A stretch of DNA of 64,000 nt, from the NCBI GenBank assembly GCA_965223505.1, contig CBDCWP010000021.1:32001-96000 (forward strand), read 5' to 3'. Both the position numbers and the translations under genes were made by a program. This DNA comes from Planctomycetota bacterium (GTDB lineage: Bacteria > Planctomycetota > PLA2 > JAEUHO01). The notes under the pieces were generated by a model that was given only the letters and a program-made list of their open reading frames with translations, ran no database searches and was not told the origin of the DNA. The first letter of the stretch is position 1. Each line of letters begins with the position of its first letter. Below, piece by piece: positions 38,853-47,866 of this stretch.

Positions 38853-39469
38853 CGCGGGATGGTAGCGATGCGACGTCCCGGAAGCGACCAGAGGCGCGAA
38901 ACCGTCGCGATCTGCAGCAGTTGGGGTCCGAATGCGGTCGGTCACGGCCAACGCGATGGACGCGCGTTGTCGGGAATTCGCGACACGGTGAGCAGAGGCG
39001 CGACTCCGTCGAGGCATCGCAACGCGAAAACGGCTCAATCGAGGAGAAGTGAGGCTCCGCGGAGACCTGAGAGCATCCGAAGCACCCTATTTGCGGCTCC
39101 GACGAGCGATTGTCGAGGAACTTCGACGCGACTTGAAAGCCCTCTTTCGACTTTAGCGCTCAAGGAACGGACGTCGAAATGTTGAGGGTCAGAGAGGCCG
39201 GGGGGGTGGTCTCGGGAGCCAAGTCACCCCCTGCATGCTTGTCGACGCCGCGCCCGGCGGAATGAGGCCGCACGGCCCGGAGCCCGCCACAGCGCAGACG
39301 CCTGCCCCGCAACCAGCAACCGGCGTCGACCAGCATGAAACGGCCGGCCGAGCGAGCGCCTTGGGAGGGCCGCTCGCTCGGCCCTCCATGAATGGGTGAG
39401 GCGACCGAGGCCGCACTCCTCGAACCGGTTCCGCCGGTCCAGACGAACCGAAACGGGAGAGGAGAGTCG

Positions 39470-41023
39470 ATGCCCACGACGAGGCTGCTCACCGCACTTA
39501 CGGCGCTATTGATCGTATTCACGACGAGCGCCTGCGGAGGCGGGGGAGGAGGAGGCGGCGGCCAGGTCGTGCCGCCGGATGGCAAGGCCCTCTCCCTCAC
39601 TCCGAAGGCGTCCTTCTCCAGTGACGACGTGTGTCATCTGTTGATGCGGACACACTTCGGCATCACGCAGCAGGAGCACGACGGCGCGATGGCCATGGGT
39701 CTCGACGCGTACGTCGACCAGATGGTGGACTTCCAGCTCGACCCCGTCTTCGAGGCCGCCGCGCTCGACGCGACGATTCCGGTCGAGGACCGGGACGACC
39801 CGAGCCGTGAGCAGCTCGAGCGCTGGTGGATCTACATCATGACCCACACCGACCAGCCCTTCGTCGAAGCACTGGCGATGTTCTGGCACGACCACTTCGC
39901 CACGTTGACGGACGTACTCGACGGCGACGAACGCTGGTGGTACTTCAACCACCTCAACCTGGTGCGCACGAGCGGCCGCGCGAACTTCCGCCAGTTCCTG
40001 TTCGACATGGCTACCGACTGGGTGATGCTCGACTTCCTGGACGGCATCCGTAGCCGTGTCAACAACATCAACGAGAACTTCGCGCGCGAGTTCTGGGAGC
40101 TGTTCACCCTCGGCGAGGGCAACGGCTACACGCAGGAAGACATCGAGGAAGCGGCGCGCTGCTTCACCGGCTACGACGACTTCACGGACGCCAACGACGG
40201 CGACCGGGAGAAGATCCGTTGGGAAGCCGACCGGCACGACACCGGGGACAAGACGATCTTCGGTCAGACGATCACGGGCCGTTCGGGCGACACCGCCTGG
40301 CTCGAGTACTTCGACGTCATCGACTTGACGCTCTCCGAACGTCCGGTGGCCGAGTACATCGTCACGAAGCTCTGGGAGTACTTCGTTTACGCCAATCCCC
40401 CGCAGGAGCTGGTCGATCAGTTCGCACAGGTCTTCCGAGACAACAACTGGGAGATCGCCCCGGTCCTCAAGACCATGTTCAAGTCCGAGGCCTTCTACTC
40501 GTCGGCGGCCAAGGTCGGCATCATGAAGAGCCCCGTCGACTACGGCGTCGGCTTCATCCGCAGTACGACGCTCAACATCGAGGAAAGTCGCCTCGAGGAC
40601 GGCCTGACCGCCTCCGGCCAGCGTCCCACCCGCCCGCCGAACGTTGCGGGCTGGGAGCACGGCGACCTCTGGCACTCGGCCCAGAACGCGGTCGAGCGCG
40701 CGAACATGATCCAGGATTGCATCACGCGCCGCAGCTACCAGGCAAGCCAGAACATCGATCTGGCGAACCTGCTGCCGCCCGGCGTCGACGCCAACACGCC
40801 GCCGACCGCGGACGAGGTCGTCGACTACTTCGAGTTCCTGTTGCACGTCGACCTGTCGCAGTCGGAAGAGATCAAGTACGTCGACTTCCTGAACTCGTTC
40901 CGTCAGTCGGATGGGACGGTCGTCGTCGACCCGTTCAACCCGGAAGACAGCCGGCACGTGGACGAGCGCGTGCGCGGGCTGCTTTTCATGTTCTCGCAGC
41001 ACCCCGCCTACCACGTTCGCTAG
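39470..41023 (+). CDS. DUF1800 family lipoprotein (copy 1, no Ig module)
   Basis: TSAC-GGG lipobox; HLLMRTHFG, FWHDHFA, NENFAREFWELFTLG, PPNVAGW, QHPAY. Confidence 0.9.
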   Translation: MPTTRLLTALTALLIVFTTSACGGGGGGGGGQVVPPDGKALSLTPKASFSSDDVCHLLMRTHFGITQQEHDGAMAMGLDAYVDQMVDFQLDPVFEAAALDATIPVEDRDDPSREQLERWWIYIMTHTDQPFVEALAMFWHDHFATLTDVLDGDERWWYFNHLNLVRTSGRANFRQFLFDMATDWVMLDFLDGIRSRVNNINENFAREFWELFTLGEGNGYTQEDIEEAARCFTGYDDFTDANDGDREKIRWEADRHDTGDKTIFGQTITGRSGDTAWLEYFDVIDLTLSERPVAEYIVTKLWEYFVYANPPQELVDQFAQVFRDNNWEIAPVLKTMFKSEAFYSSAAKVGIMKSPVDYGVGFIRSTTLNIEESRLEDGLTASGQRPTRPPNVAGWEHGDLWHSAQNAVERANMIQDCITRRSYQASQNIDLANLLPPGVDANTPPTADEVVDYFEFLLHVDLSQSEEIKYVDFLNSFRQSDGTVVVDPFNPEDSRHVDERVRGLLFMFSQHPAYHVR

Positions 41024-41041
41024 AGGAGAGGAGGTCCACCT

Positions 41042-42364
41042 ATGTGCGACGGCCACGACACCAAGGAGAAGGCGGGCGTCACAAGGCGTGATGTCCTGAA
41101 GTACTCGGCGGTGGCCGGAACCGCGATCGCGGCGATGGGCCCCTTGGGTTCGAAGCTGCTTCCCAGCGCGACCGGCGCGATCGCGCAGCAGACCCACCTG
41201 ACCATCGTCAACATGTTCGGCGGCAACGACGGCTTGAACACGGTGATCCCCGTGGCGAACGGCGTGTACGACACCTACGCCGGTAGGCGTCCCACGATCG
41301 CGATCGATCCGCAAACGGACGCCGTCCATGCGCTCGGCAACAGCAACTACGTCCTCCACCCGCAGCTCCCCAACATCGGGCGGCTCTACGGAGACGGCGA
41401 TGTCGCTGTCATCAACCTGGTCGGCTACCCGAATCCGAACCTCAGTCACTTCACGAGTGAGGACATCTGGAGCCGGGGCATTCGCAACAGCTTCCCGATC
41501 GGGCAGCAGCCGAGCGGCTGGATTGCGCGGTGGGCGGGACAGTACGAACCGCAACCGACGGGCGCCATCTCGGTCGGTCTGAGCCGACGTCGGGACTTCA
41601 CTGGCGGCACGTCAGACCCGCTGATCCTTTCGCGTGCGAGCAACTTCCGGTTCGACCGCGACGGACAGTACTCGAACAACCACGACTACCGCATGGACAT
41701 CGTCCGTCAGGTGCTCGCGGAGAGCGGGGCGGTGGGTTCCTCCGCGACGGCGCGCGACTCGATGGACCAGGCGCACCAGCTGATCGATCAGACACAGCTC
41801 GCGCTCGAGGAGTACGAGAACTTCGCCAACAAGGCGGCGTACTCGAGCGACCGCCCTTCGCGGTACCTCCAGGACATCGCGCGTCTGATCCACGGCGGAT
41901 TCGACACGCGCATCTTCTACACGGGATTCGGCGGGTTCGACACGCACGGCGACCAGGGCGCCGCGACGATCGACCCCAACAACGAGCCCCGTCACGCGCG
42001 CCTGCTCCGTCGTCTCGACGAGGGCATCGCTTCGTTCGAAGCGGACATGAAGGCCATGGGCATCTGGAACAAGACGTTGATTGCGGTGATCTCCGAGTTC
42101 GGGCGCCGGAACTTCGAGAACGGTTCCAACGGCACCGACCACGGACACGGCGCGGCCATGTTCCTGATCGGCGGCGCGGCAAACTCGGGGGTCTTCGGCC
42201 CAGAGATCACGAGCGAGATGATCGACGAGAACTGGATGGCGCCGCACATCGACTTCCGCAATGTGTACCGCGAGGTCCTGGCGGGGCATCTGGGTGTGAC
42301 CGACTTCTCGTCGATCTTCCCGGAAGCGCCAATGAACCCGTACGCGCCGATGGGGCTCGTCTAG
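41042..42364 (+). CDS. DUF1501 family protein with Tat signal (copy 1)
   Basis: TRRDVLK; GGNDGLN, SHF, GGFDTH, SEFGR, GTDHG, DFR. Confidence 0.9.
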   Translation: MCDGHDTKEKAGVTRRDVLKYSAVAGTAIAAMGPLGSKLLPSATGAIAQQTHLTIVNMFGGNDGLNTVIPVANGVYDTYAGRRPTIAIDPQTDAVHALGNSNYVLHPQLPNIGRLYGDGDVAVINLVGYPNPNLSHFTSEDIWSRGIRNSFPIGQQPSGWIARWAGQYEPQPTGAISVGLSRRRDFTGGTSDPLILSRASNFRFDRDGQYSNNHDYRMDIVRQVLAESGAVGSSATARDSMDQAHQLIDQTQLALEEYENFANKAAYSSDRPSRYLQDIARLIHGGFDTRIFYTGFGGFDTHGDQGAATIDPNNEPRHARLLRRLDEGIASFEADMKAMGIWNKTLIAVISEFGRRNFENGSNGTDHGHGAAMFLIGGAANSGVFGPEITSEMIDENWMAPHIDFRNVYREVLAGHLGVTDFSSIFPEAPMNPYAPMGLV

Positions 42365-43783
42365 GTGCGCCTCACGTTCCTGCCAGCCCTGCTGCTCTTC
42401 TTCCACCCCGTGCTCGCCGCCTGCGGCGGCGGCGGCGGTGGCGGCGGCGGCGATCAGATCGCCCCCGCCCAGCTCACCTACGACACGTCCGCAGGTGTGT
42501 ACCGGGTGAGCGAGCTCATCAAACCGAACCAGGCCACTCTGACCGGTGGCGCCGCGACATACTCGGTCGACCCCGCGCTACCGGCGGGGCTCGACCTCGA
42601 CCCGTTGACGGGTGAGATCTCGGGCACGCCGACTGCGGAGGCCGCAGCGACCGACTACACGGTCACGGCGGCGAACGCGGCAGGTTCGACTACGGCGACG
42701 GTGAACATCGTCGTCGGTGCCGCGCTTCCTGCGGCCTTCCTGTCGCTGGCAAGCGGCTTCGTCGCCGAACCGGTCGTCCAGGGCAACACCAAGGTGGCGA
42801 AGATGGCGCTGGCACCGGATGGCCGCATTTTCTTCAACGAGGTCGACGCAGGCGAAGTCCGGGTGATCGATCCGGCCAACGGGCTGCTACCGACGCCGTA
42901 CGCGTCGTTGACGGTCGCTCAAGGCGGTCATCGCGGCTTGCTGGGTCTTGCCCTGGCGCCCGACTTCGCGCAGTCCGGCTTCGTCTACGTGATGGCGACA
43001 GTGCCCGGCCCGAACCTCGGCGACCCCGACCGCAGCGTGGTGTTGCGGTTCACCGACGACCCGGTCAACAACGTCGGCACGAACGGAACGCTGAAGATCG
43101 ACAATCTACCGGCGTCGAACATCAACAACGGCGGCGAGCTGTTGTTCGACTCGCTCGGGCATTTGTGGGTGAGCGTCGGGGACGCCGAGAATCCGGTGAA
43201 TTCGCAGGTCGCTGCGACCGTCTCGCTCGCCGGCAAGATCCTTCGCTACGACGTGTTCGATGCGGCGAATCCGGACGTTCCGGCGACGATCCCGCTCGAC
43301 AACCCTGACCCGCAGAGTCCCGAATGGTGCCGTGGGCTGCGCAACACGTTCGGCCTGGCGATGCACCCCGCGACCGGAGGTCTCTTCGGTGTCGACAACG
43401 GTCCGACGGGGAACGACGAGCTGAATTTCCTCGAGTCCGGCATGAACTTCCAGTGGGGCGCGCAGAACACCACACCACCGGAAGGCACCCGGATCCTGAC
43501 CTATGCGGACGTGATCGTTCCGACCGCGGTGGCCTGGCACACCGGAACGGGTTGGGGCGCGGCGTTCGCGGACAACCTGTTTCTGACAAGCTACGACGAC
43601 CAGGCGATCCGCCGATTCCAGGGAACCGGCCCCAACATGACCCAGCTCGACGACGAGGAGATCTGGGCCGAGTTCGCGTTGCAAGCGGACGACAACAAGC
43701 CGTTGGACGTCGTCATCGACCCCGTGACGGGGAACATGTACATCGCCACCTTCAAGGGCATCTGGCGGATCCGGAAGCTGTAG
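42365..43783 (+). CDS. Lipoprotein with Ig-like (He_PIG) module and GSDH/PQQ sugar dehydrogenase-like propeller (copy 1)
   Basis: LAAC lipobox; LPAGLDLDPLTGEISGTP; GLLGLALAPDF, SVGD, GKILR, GLRNTFG, DELN. Confidence 0.85.
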   Translation: MRLTFLPALLLFFHPVLAACGGGGGGGGGDQIAPAQLTYDTSAGVYRVSELIKPNQATLTGGAATYSVDPALPAGLDLDPLTGEISGTPTAEAAATDYTVTAANAAGSTTATVNIVVGAALPAAFLSLASGFVAEPVVQGNTKVAKMALAPDGRIFFNEVDAGEVRVIDPANGLLPTPYASLTVAQGGHRGLLGLALAPDFAQSGFVYVMATVPGPNLGDPDRSVVLRFTDDPVNNVGTNGTLKIDNLPASNINNGGELLFDSLGHLWVSVGDAENPVNSQVAATVSLAGKILRYDVFDAANPDVPATIPLDNPDPQSPEWCRGLRNTFGLAMHPATGGLFGVDNGPTGNDELNFLESGMNFQWGAQNTTPPEGTRILTYADVIVPTAVAWHTGTGWGAAFADNLFLTSYDDQAIRRFQGTGPNMTQLDDEEIWAEFALQADDNKPLDVVIDPVTGNMYIATFKGIWRIRKL

Positions 43784-43852
43784 GCCCACCGGTCGTCTCT
43801 ACCCGGAGGGTCTCACCGACGCCTCGCCGTACGTTTCGACGACGGCGGGGCG

Positions 43853-44533
43853 TCACTTCGTGCCGGACATGCCTTGGTCTCGCGCGGCCCGTGCAATCTC
43901 GATGTGATCGGTGATCACCCCGGTCAGATCCCAAGCAAAACACTGTCGGTGCTCAGCGGGAGTGGCGGCGCCATATGTCCAGAGTCGTAGGCCGGCGTAT
44001 CGCGCGTAGTCGACCACCTCGTCGTCTAGGCACCGGTAGTGTGCGACGATCACGTCGATGCCGAGGCCAGTGGCTCGTTCGAGCACGTCGGTACGCGGCG
44101 CGACGTCGAAGAGCCAGCCTGTATCGCAAGGACCGATCGAGCGCATGTCCACCATCGCGGCGTGATGGAACGAGCTGATCAGAACCCGCACCGCAGGTGC
44201 GTGACGCGCCAAGTAGGCGCGAACCACGGGCACGGCATCGGGCGCCTTGATCTCCAGGTTCCAAAGCACGTTGGGCCAACGACGCAGCGCCTCGTCGACT
44301 GCTGCGACTTCGTGGCCCACCGCGACGGAGATCTCGGCACGGGAGGTTCGCTCGACCGGCCGCCCGTCGGGGAGCGTGGCGTCGTGGAACAAGATCGCCT
44401 CTCCGTTCCGGTCGAGGCGAACGTCCGTTTCGACACCCTCCGCACCCGCGCGGAGCGCCGCGTCGAAAGCCTGGACAGTGTTGTCGGGGGGGCCTTGCGC
44501 TACCCGCCCTCGGTGGCTGATGATATGGCCCAC
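43853..44533 (-). CDS. Glycerophosphodiester phosphodiesterase family protein
   Basis: ISHRG, DNTVQAF, VETDVR, FHD, NLEIK, ISSF, VITD. Confidence 0.88.
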   Translation of the reverse strand: MGHIISHRGRVAQGPPDNTVQAFDAALRAGAEGVETDVRLDRNGEAILFHDATLPDGRPVERTSRAEISVAVGHEVAAVDEALRRWPNVLWNLEIKAPDAVPVVRAYLARHAPAVRVLISSFHHAAMVDMRSIGPCDTGWLFDVAPRTDVLERATGLGIDVIVAHYRCLDDEVVDYARYAGLRLWTYGAATPAEHRQCFAWDLTGVITDHIEIARAARDQGMSGTK

Positions 44534-44600
44534 GACTTCGTATGATAATGAGGCGCATGAGAAGTCGGGGGCTCCCGTTGATGGGAGAAGGTAAGTGGTC

Positions 44601-45290
44601 ATGAATTCGGTGTTGGTCGTGGAAGACGAGGCGGTGACGCGCGCGCTCATCACCAGCACCCTTGCCGACTTCGGGTATCAGGTTCTCAGCTCCGACAGCG
44701 GCAAGGAGGGGCTCTGGATCGCGCTCAACAAGGAGCCCGGGCTGGTACTTCTGGACCTCATGCTTCCCGATCTGAGCGGCATCCAGTTCTGCAGCCAGCT
44801 GCGCAACGACCCGCGCACACGCTCGGTGCCGGTGATCATGGTCACATCCCGCGGCGAGGAATCGGACGTCGTCCGCGGACTCGAGGCGGGGGCCGACGAC
44901 TACGTCGTGAAGCCCGTGCGGCCGAGGGAGCTGGTCGCGCGCATTCGCGCCGTGCTGCGGCGCGGGGGCAACGCTGATACGTTCCAGGAGAACGATACGA
45001 TCGTCCACGGCACGATTCAGATCGATCCAACGCGGCACATGCTGGTCGTGGACGGCGAATCCGTACATACGACTGCGACGGAGTTCCGCGTGTTGCATTG
45101 CCTGGCGAGCCACCCCGGACGTGTATTCACGCGCGAACAGCTCTTGCGTTCGGCCTCCCGCCCGGAAGGCGAGATCATCAAGCGGAACGTCGACGTGCAC
45201 GTGCGCGCGTTGCGCCGCAAGCTCGGGAGCCACGCGAGCATCATCGAGACCGTGCACGGCGTCGGCTACCGCTTCCGCGAAGAGGACTGA
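44601..45290 (+). CDS. OmpR/PhoB family response regulator
   Basis: LLDLMLP, GADDYVVKP, TEFRVL, RNVDVHVRALRRKL, ETVHGVGYRF. Confidence 0.93.
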   Translation: MNSVLVVEDEAVTRALITSTLADFGYQVLSSDSGKEGLWIALNKEPGLVLLDLMLPDLSGIQFCSQLRNDPRTRSVPVIMVTSRGEESDVVRGLEAGADDYVVKPVRPRELVARIRAVLRRGGNADTFQENDTIVHGTIQIDPTRHMLVVDGESVHTTATEFRVLHCLASHPGRVFTREQLLRSASRPEGEIIKRNVDVHVRALRRKLGSHASIIETVHGVGYRFREED

Positions 45291-45329
45291 CCCCGCGCAG
45301 GATCGGCTCGTTCGGTATGATTCCGCGCC

Positions 45330-46727
45330 GTGAGTCGCGAAGCCGTCATCCTCGTCACGTTGGTCGTCTATCAGGTGATCCTGCTCGGCATCGCGGTCAT
45401 GGCGCACGGACGCAACCGCTCCGGCAGGGACTTCTTCCTCGCCGGCAAGAAGCTCGGTCCCGTCGTTGCGTCAGTCAGCGCGTCAGCCAGTTCGTCTTCC
45501 GCATGGACCCTCATGGGCGTGAGCGGCGCGGCGTATGCCGACGGTGTATCGGCACTGTGGCTGTTTCCCGCGTGCGTCGGCGGCTTCCTGTTGAACTGGT
45601 GCGTCCTCGCACCGGCGTTGCAGCGCTTCAGCCACGGCAACGACGCCATCACGGTCACGGACGTGTTGGCCGGCACGGGGGAGAGTCGTTCCCGGGGCGT
45701 CGCGTGGCTCGCGTCATTGATCGTCCTGATCTCGCTGAGCGCCTATGTGGCCTCGCAGTATCAGGCGGCCGGCAAGACGTTTAGTGAGACGTTCGACCTC
45801 TCGCTCGAGGGCAGCATCATCATCGGGGCCGGGGTCGTGTTGCTGTACACGCTCCATGGCGGTTTCTGGGCCGTGAGTCTGACGGACACACTGCAGGGAC
45901 TCGTCATGGCCGCCACGGCGGTGATCCTGCCTGTCGCGGCGCTGATCGAGGTAGGAGGCCTGGCGGCCATCGACTGGTCCGGTGGGGAGCCGCGGCCCGT
46001 CAGCATCGCCGTCGGCGCAACGCTGGGGCTCCTCGGCATCGGCCTCGGATACCCCGGCCAGCCGCACGTGGTCAACCGCTTCATGGCGCTGGAGAACTCG
46101 GCGAACGCAATGAAGCAGGCACGTCGAGTGGCGGTCGGGTGGGCCGTGATCGTGTACGCGGGCATGCTCCTGCTGGGTCTGTGCGGACGCGCTCTGATGC
46201 CCTCGCTGGGAGACAACGAGAGCATCTTCATCGCGGCGACGCTGAAGCTCTTTCCACCCGCCGTGGCCGGCATGATGCTCGCCGCCGTACTGTCAGCCGT
46301 CATGTCGACGGCAGACAGTCAGCTTCTCGTCGCTTCGTCGGCCGTCACACACGACATGGGGCTCGGCGGGTCGACGTCACGCCGCATGCTGGTGCGGTCG
46401 CGCATCACCGTCGCCGTCCTCGGCTCGGCGGCATGCGTCGCGGCGATCTACCTGGAGAAGAGGATCTTCTCCAACGTGTTGTTCGGTTGGTACGCCATGG
46501 GTGCCGCATTCGGGCCGCTGCTGCTAACGATGATCGTTGGGCAACGGACGCTCACGCGCAGGAACGTGTTCATCGTCATGGCGACCGGCTTCGCGACGAG
46601 CGTGACGGGCTTCTGGGGATGGCCGGGTGTGCTGGAGGGACCGGCGTACAAGTTCCTGCGCGCGGGTCTGGTGTCGTTCGGGATCGCATTCGGGCTTGCG
46701 ATGTTGCTGTCGAAGCGGCGGGCGTGA
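45330..46727 (+). CDS. putP: Sodium:solute (proline) symporter, PutP-like
   Basis: DFFLAG, GGFWAVSLTDTLQG, GLGYPGQPHVVNRFM, MSTADSQLL, GAAFGP. Confidence 0.85.
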   Translation: MSREAVILVTLVVYQVILLGIAVMAHGRNRSGRDFFLAGKKLGPVVASVSASASSSSAWTLMGVSGAAYADGVSALWLFPACVGGFLLNWCVLAPALQRFSHGNDAITVTDVLAGTGESRSRGVAWLASLIVLISLSAYVASQYQAAGKTFSETFDLSLEGSIIIGAGVVLLYTLHGGFWAVSLTDTLQGLVMAATAVILPVAALIEVGGLAAIDWSGGEPRPVSIAVGATLGLLGIGLGYPGQPHVVNRFMALENSANAMKQARRVAVGWAVIVYAGMLLLGLCGRALMPSLGDNESIFIAATLKLFPPAVAGMMLAAVLSAVMSTADSQLLVASSAVTHDMGLGGSTSRRMLVRSRITVAVLGSAACVAAIYLEKRIFSNVLFGWYAMGAAFGPLLLTMIVGQRTLTRRNVFIVMATGFATSVTGFWGWPGVLEGPAYKFLRAGLVSFGIAFGLAMLLSKRRA

Positions 46728-47760
46728 CCGGCGGAAAACGTCCGGCCGCGCAAAACGGCGGCGCGCGCTCCCGAACGACGCCTGATCCGTTCGATCCAGC
46801 CGTGCCGTTCGAGTCGCTCGCGGCGCTCGATCCGTTTCCGGCCCCCTGAGCGGCGTTGATGTCCTCCCGGATGCGCGCCGTCTGAGGCACTCCCCGCGAG
46901 AGCGGCCACCCAATGCGTCCTGCGTCGTACAGCACGTGGTGGCGCCTGCAGAGAAGGCCAAGGTCGTCGATCTCACGGCCACTGCCGCTCCGGTGCGGCG
47001 TGCGGTGCGCGAGCTCGAGACCCAGTCGATGGTCGCAGGTCGGCACTTCGCAGGTCCCGTTCGCCCGGACGTAGATCGCCCGTTGGACCTGAGCCGGGAC
47101 GTAGCGACTTCTCGGCACTGCGCTCGTATCACCCACACGCCGCGTGCCGCCCTTCTTTCGCAACGGGTCGTTCTCGTCGAGGTAGAAATTCACGACGCGC
47201 GTGAATGTCTGCCCGTCGGTGAGGAACGTTCCGGCCTTCTGTGATGCGACATCGCGCGCGCGTTCGAAGTCCTCCCTCGCCTTCGAGGTGATGTGAACGC
47301 TGATTTGCTCGATGCCGATCTCGCCCTGGGCGTGTTGCTCGAAGCGCTTCTTGACCTTGCGCCGGAGCATTCGGATGGGATTCGAGGCCGCGGCAAGAAG
47401 CCAGTCGTCGCCCGGACGGATGATCTCCGGGCGTGCAAACACGCGCCCGATGACGGCAGCCGCCTCGACGCTGATCTTCCCGCTTCGAATGCGTGGTTCG
47501 GCCTCGGGCGCGACGGCGAGTGTCTTGCCGAGATTGCTGAGCGTGCGGACCTCAGCGGCGCTGAGCCCGAGCTTGACGCCGTACTCGACCACCGACGCGC
47601 AGCCCGAGAACACGAAGTGCGCGTTCTCGTCGATCTTCGCCAGGTCGCGCGCCAACCGGAGCTGAAGCTCGCGCAGCGCGGCAACGTCGCCGGCGACTCG
47701 ATCGTCGACGCCGGGGATCCGGTTGGCGTCGATGCTGCGCTTGTCGGCTCGGATTCGCAT
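46576..47760 (-). CDS. HNH endonuclease-like protein (DUF222/13E12-like architecture)
   Basis: RYVPAQVQRAIYVRANGTCEVPTC...AHRTP...LGLLCRRHH; helical N-terminus with GKISVEAA; low-complexity tail overlapping putP. Confidence 0.7.
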   Translation of the reverse strand: MRIRADKRSIDANRIPGVDDRVAGDVAALRELQLRLARDLAKIDENAHFVFSGCASVVEYGVKLGLSAAEVRTLSNLGKTLAVAPEAEPRIRSGKISVEAAAVIGRVFARPEIIRPGDDWLLAAASNPIRMLRRKVKKRFEQHAQGEIGIEQISVHITSKAREDFERARDVASQKAGTFLTDGQTFTRVVNFYLDENDPLRKKGGTRRVGDTSAVPRSRYVPAQVQRAIYVRANGTCEVPTCDHRLGLELAHRTPHRSGSGREIDDLGLLCRRHHVLYDAGRIGWPLSRGVPQTARIREDINAAQGAGNGSSAASDSNGTAGSNGSGVVRERAPPFCAAGRFPPVTPAASTATSQARMRSRTTPDPRAGTCTPVPPAHPAIPRSPSRSSRSRSP

Positions 47761-47866
47761 GAGAACAAAATACTAACAACTGGCACCGACGGTCCTCAAA
47801 GCCCAGCAATCTGCGGATTGGAGGCGTGCATCGATGCCGACGCGACCGGATTCGACCCTGCCCGCC

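Noticed and set aside
47761..47777. LexA/SOS box upstream of the HNH-like gene
   Set aside because: AGTATTTTGTTC does not fit the known box spacings; a -10 element of a leaderless promoter explains it better.
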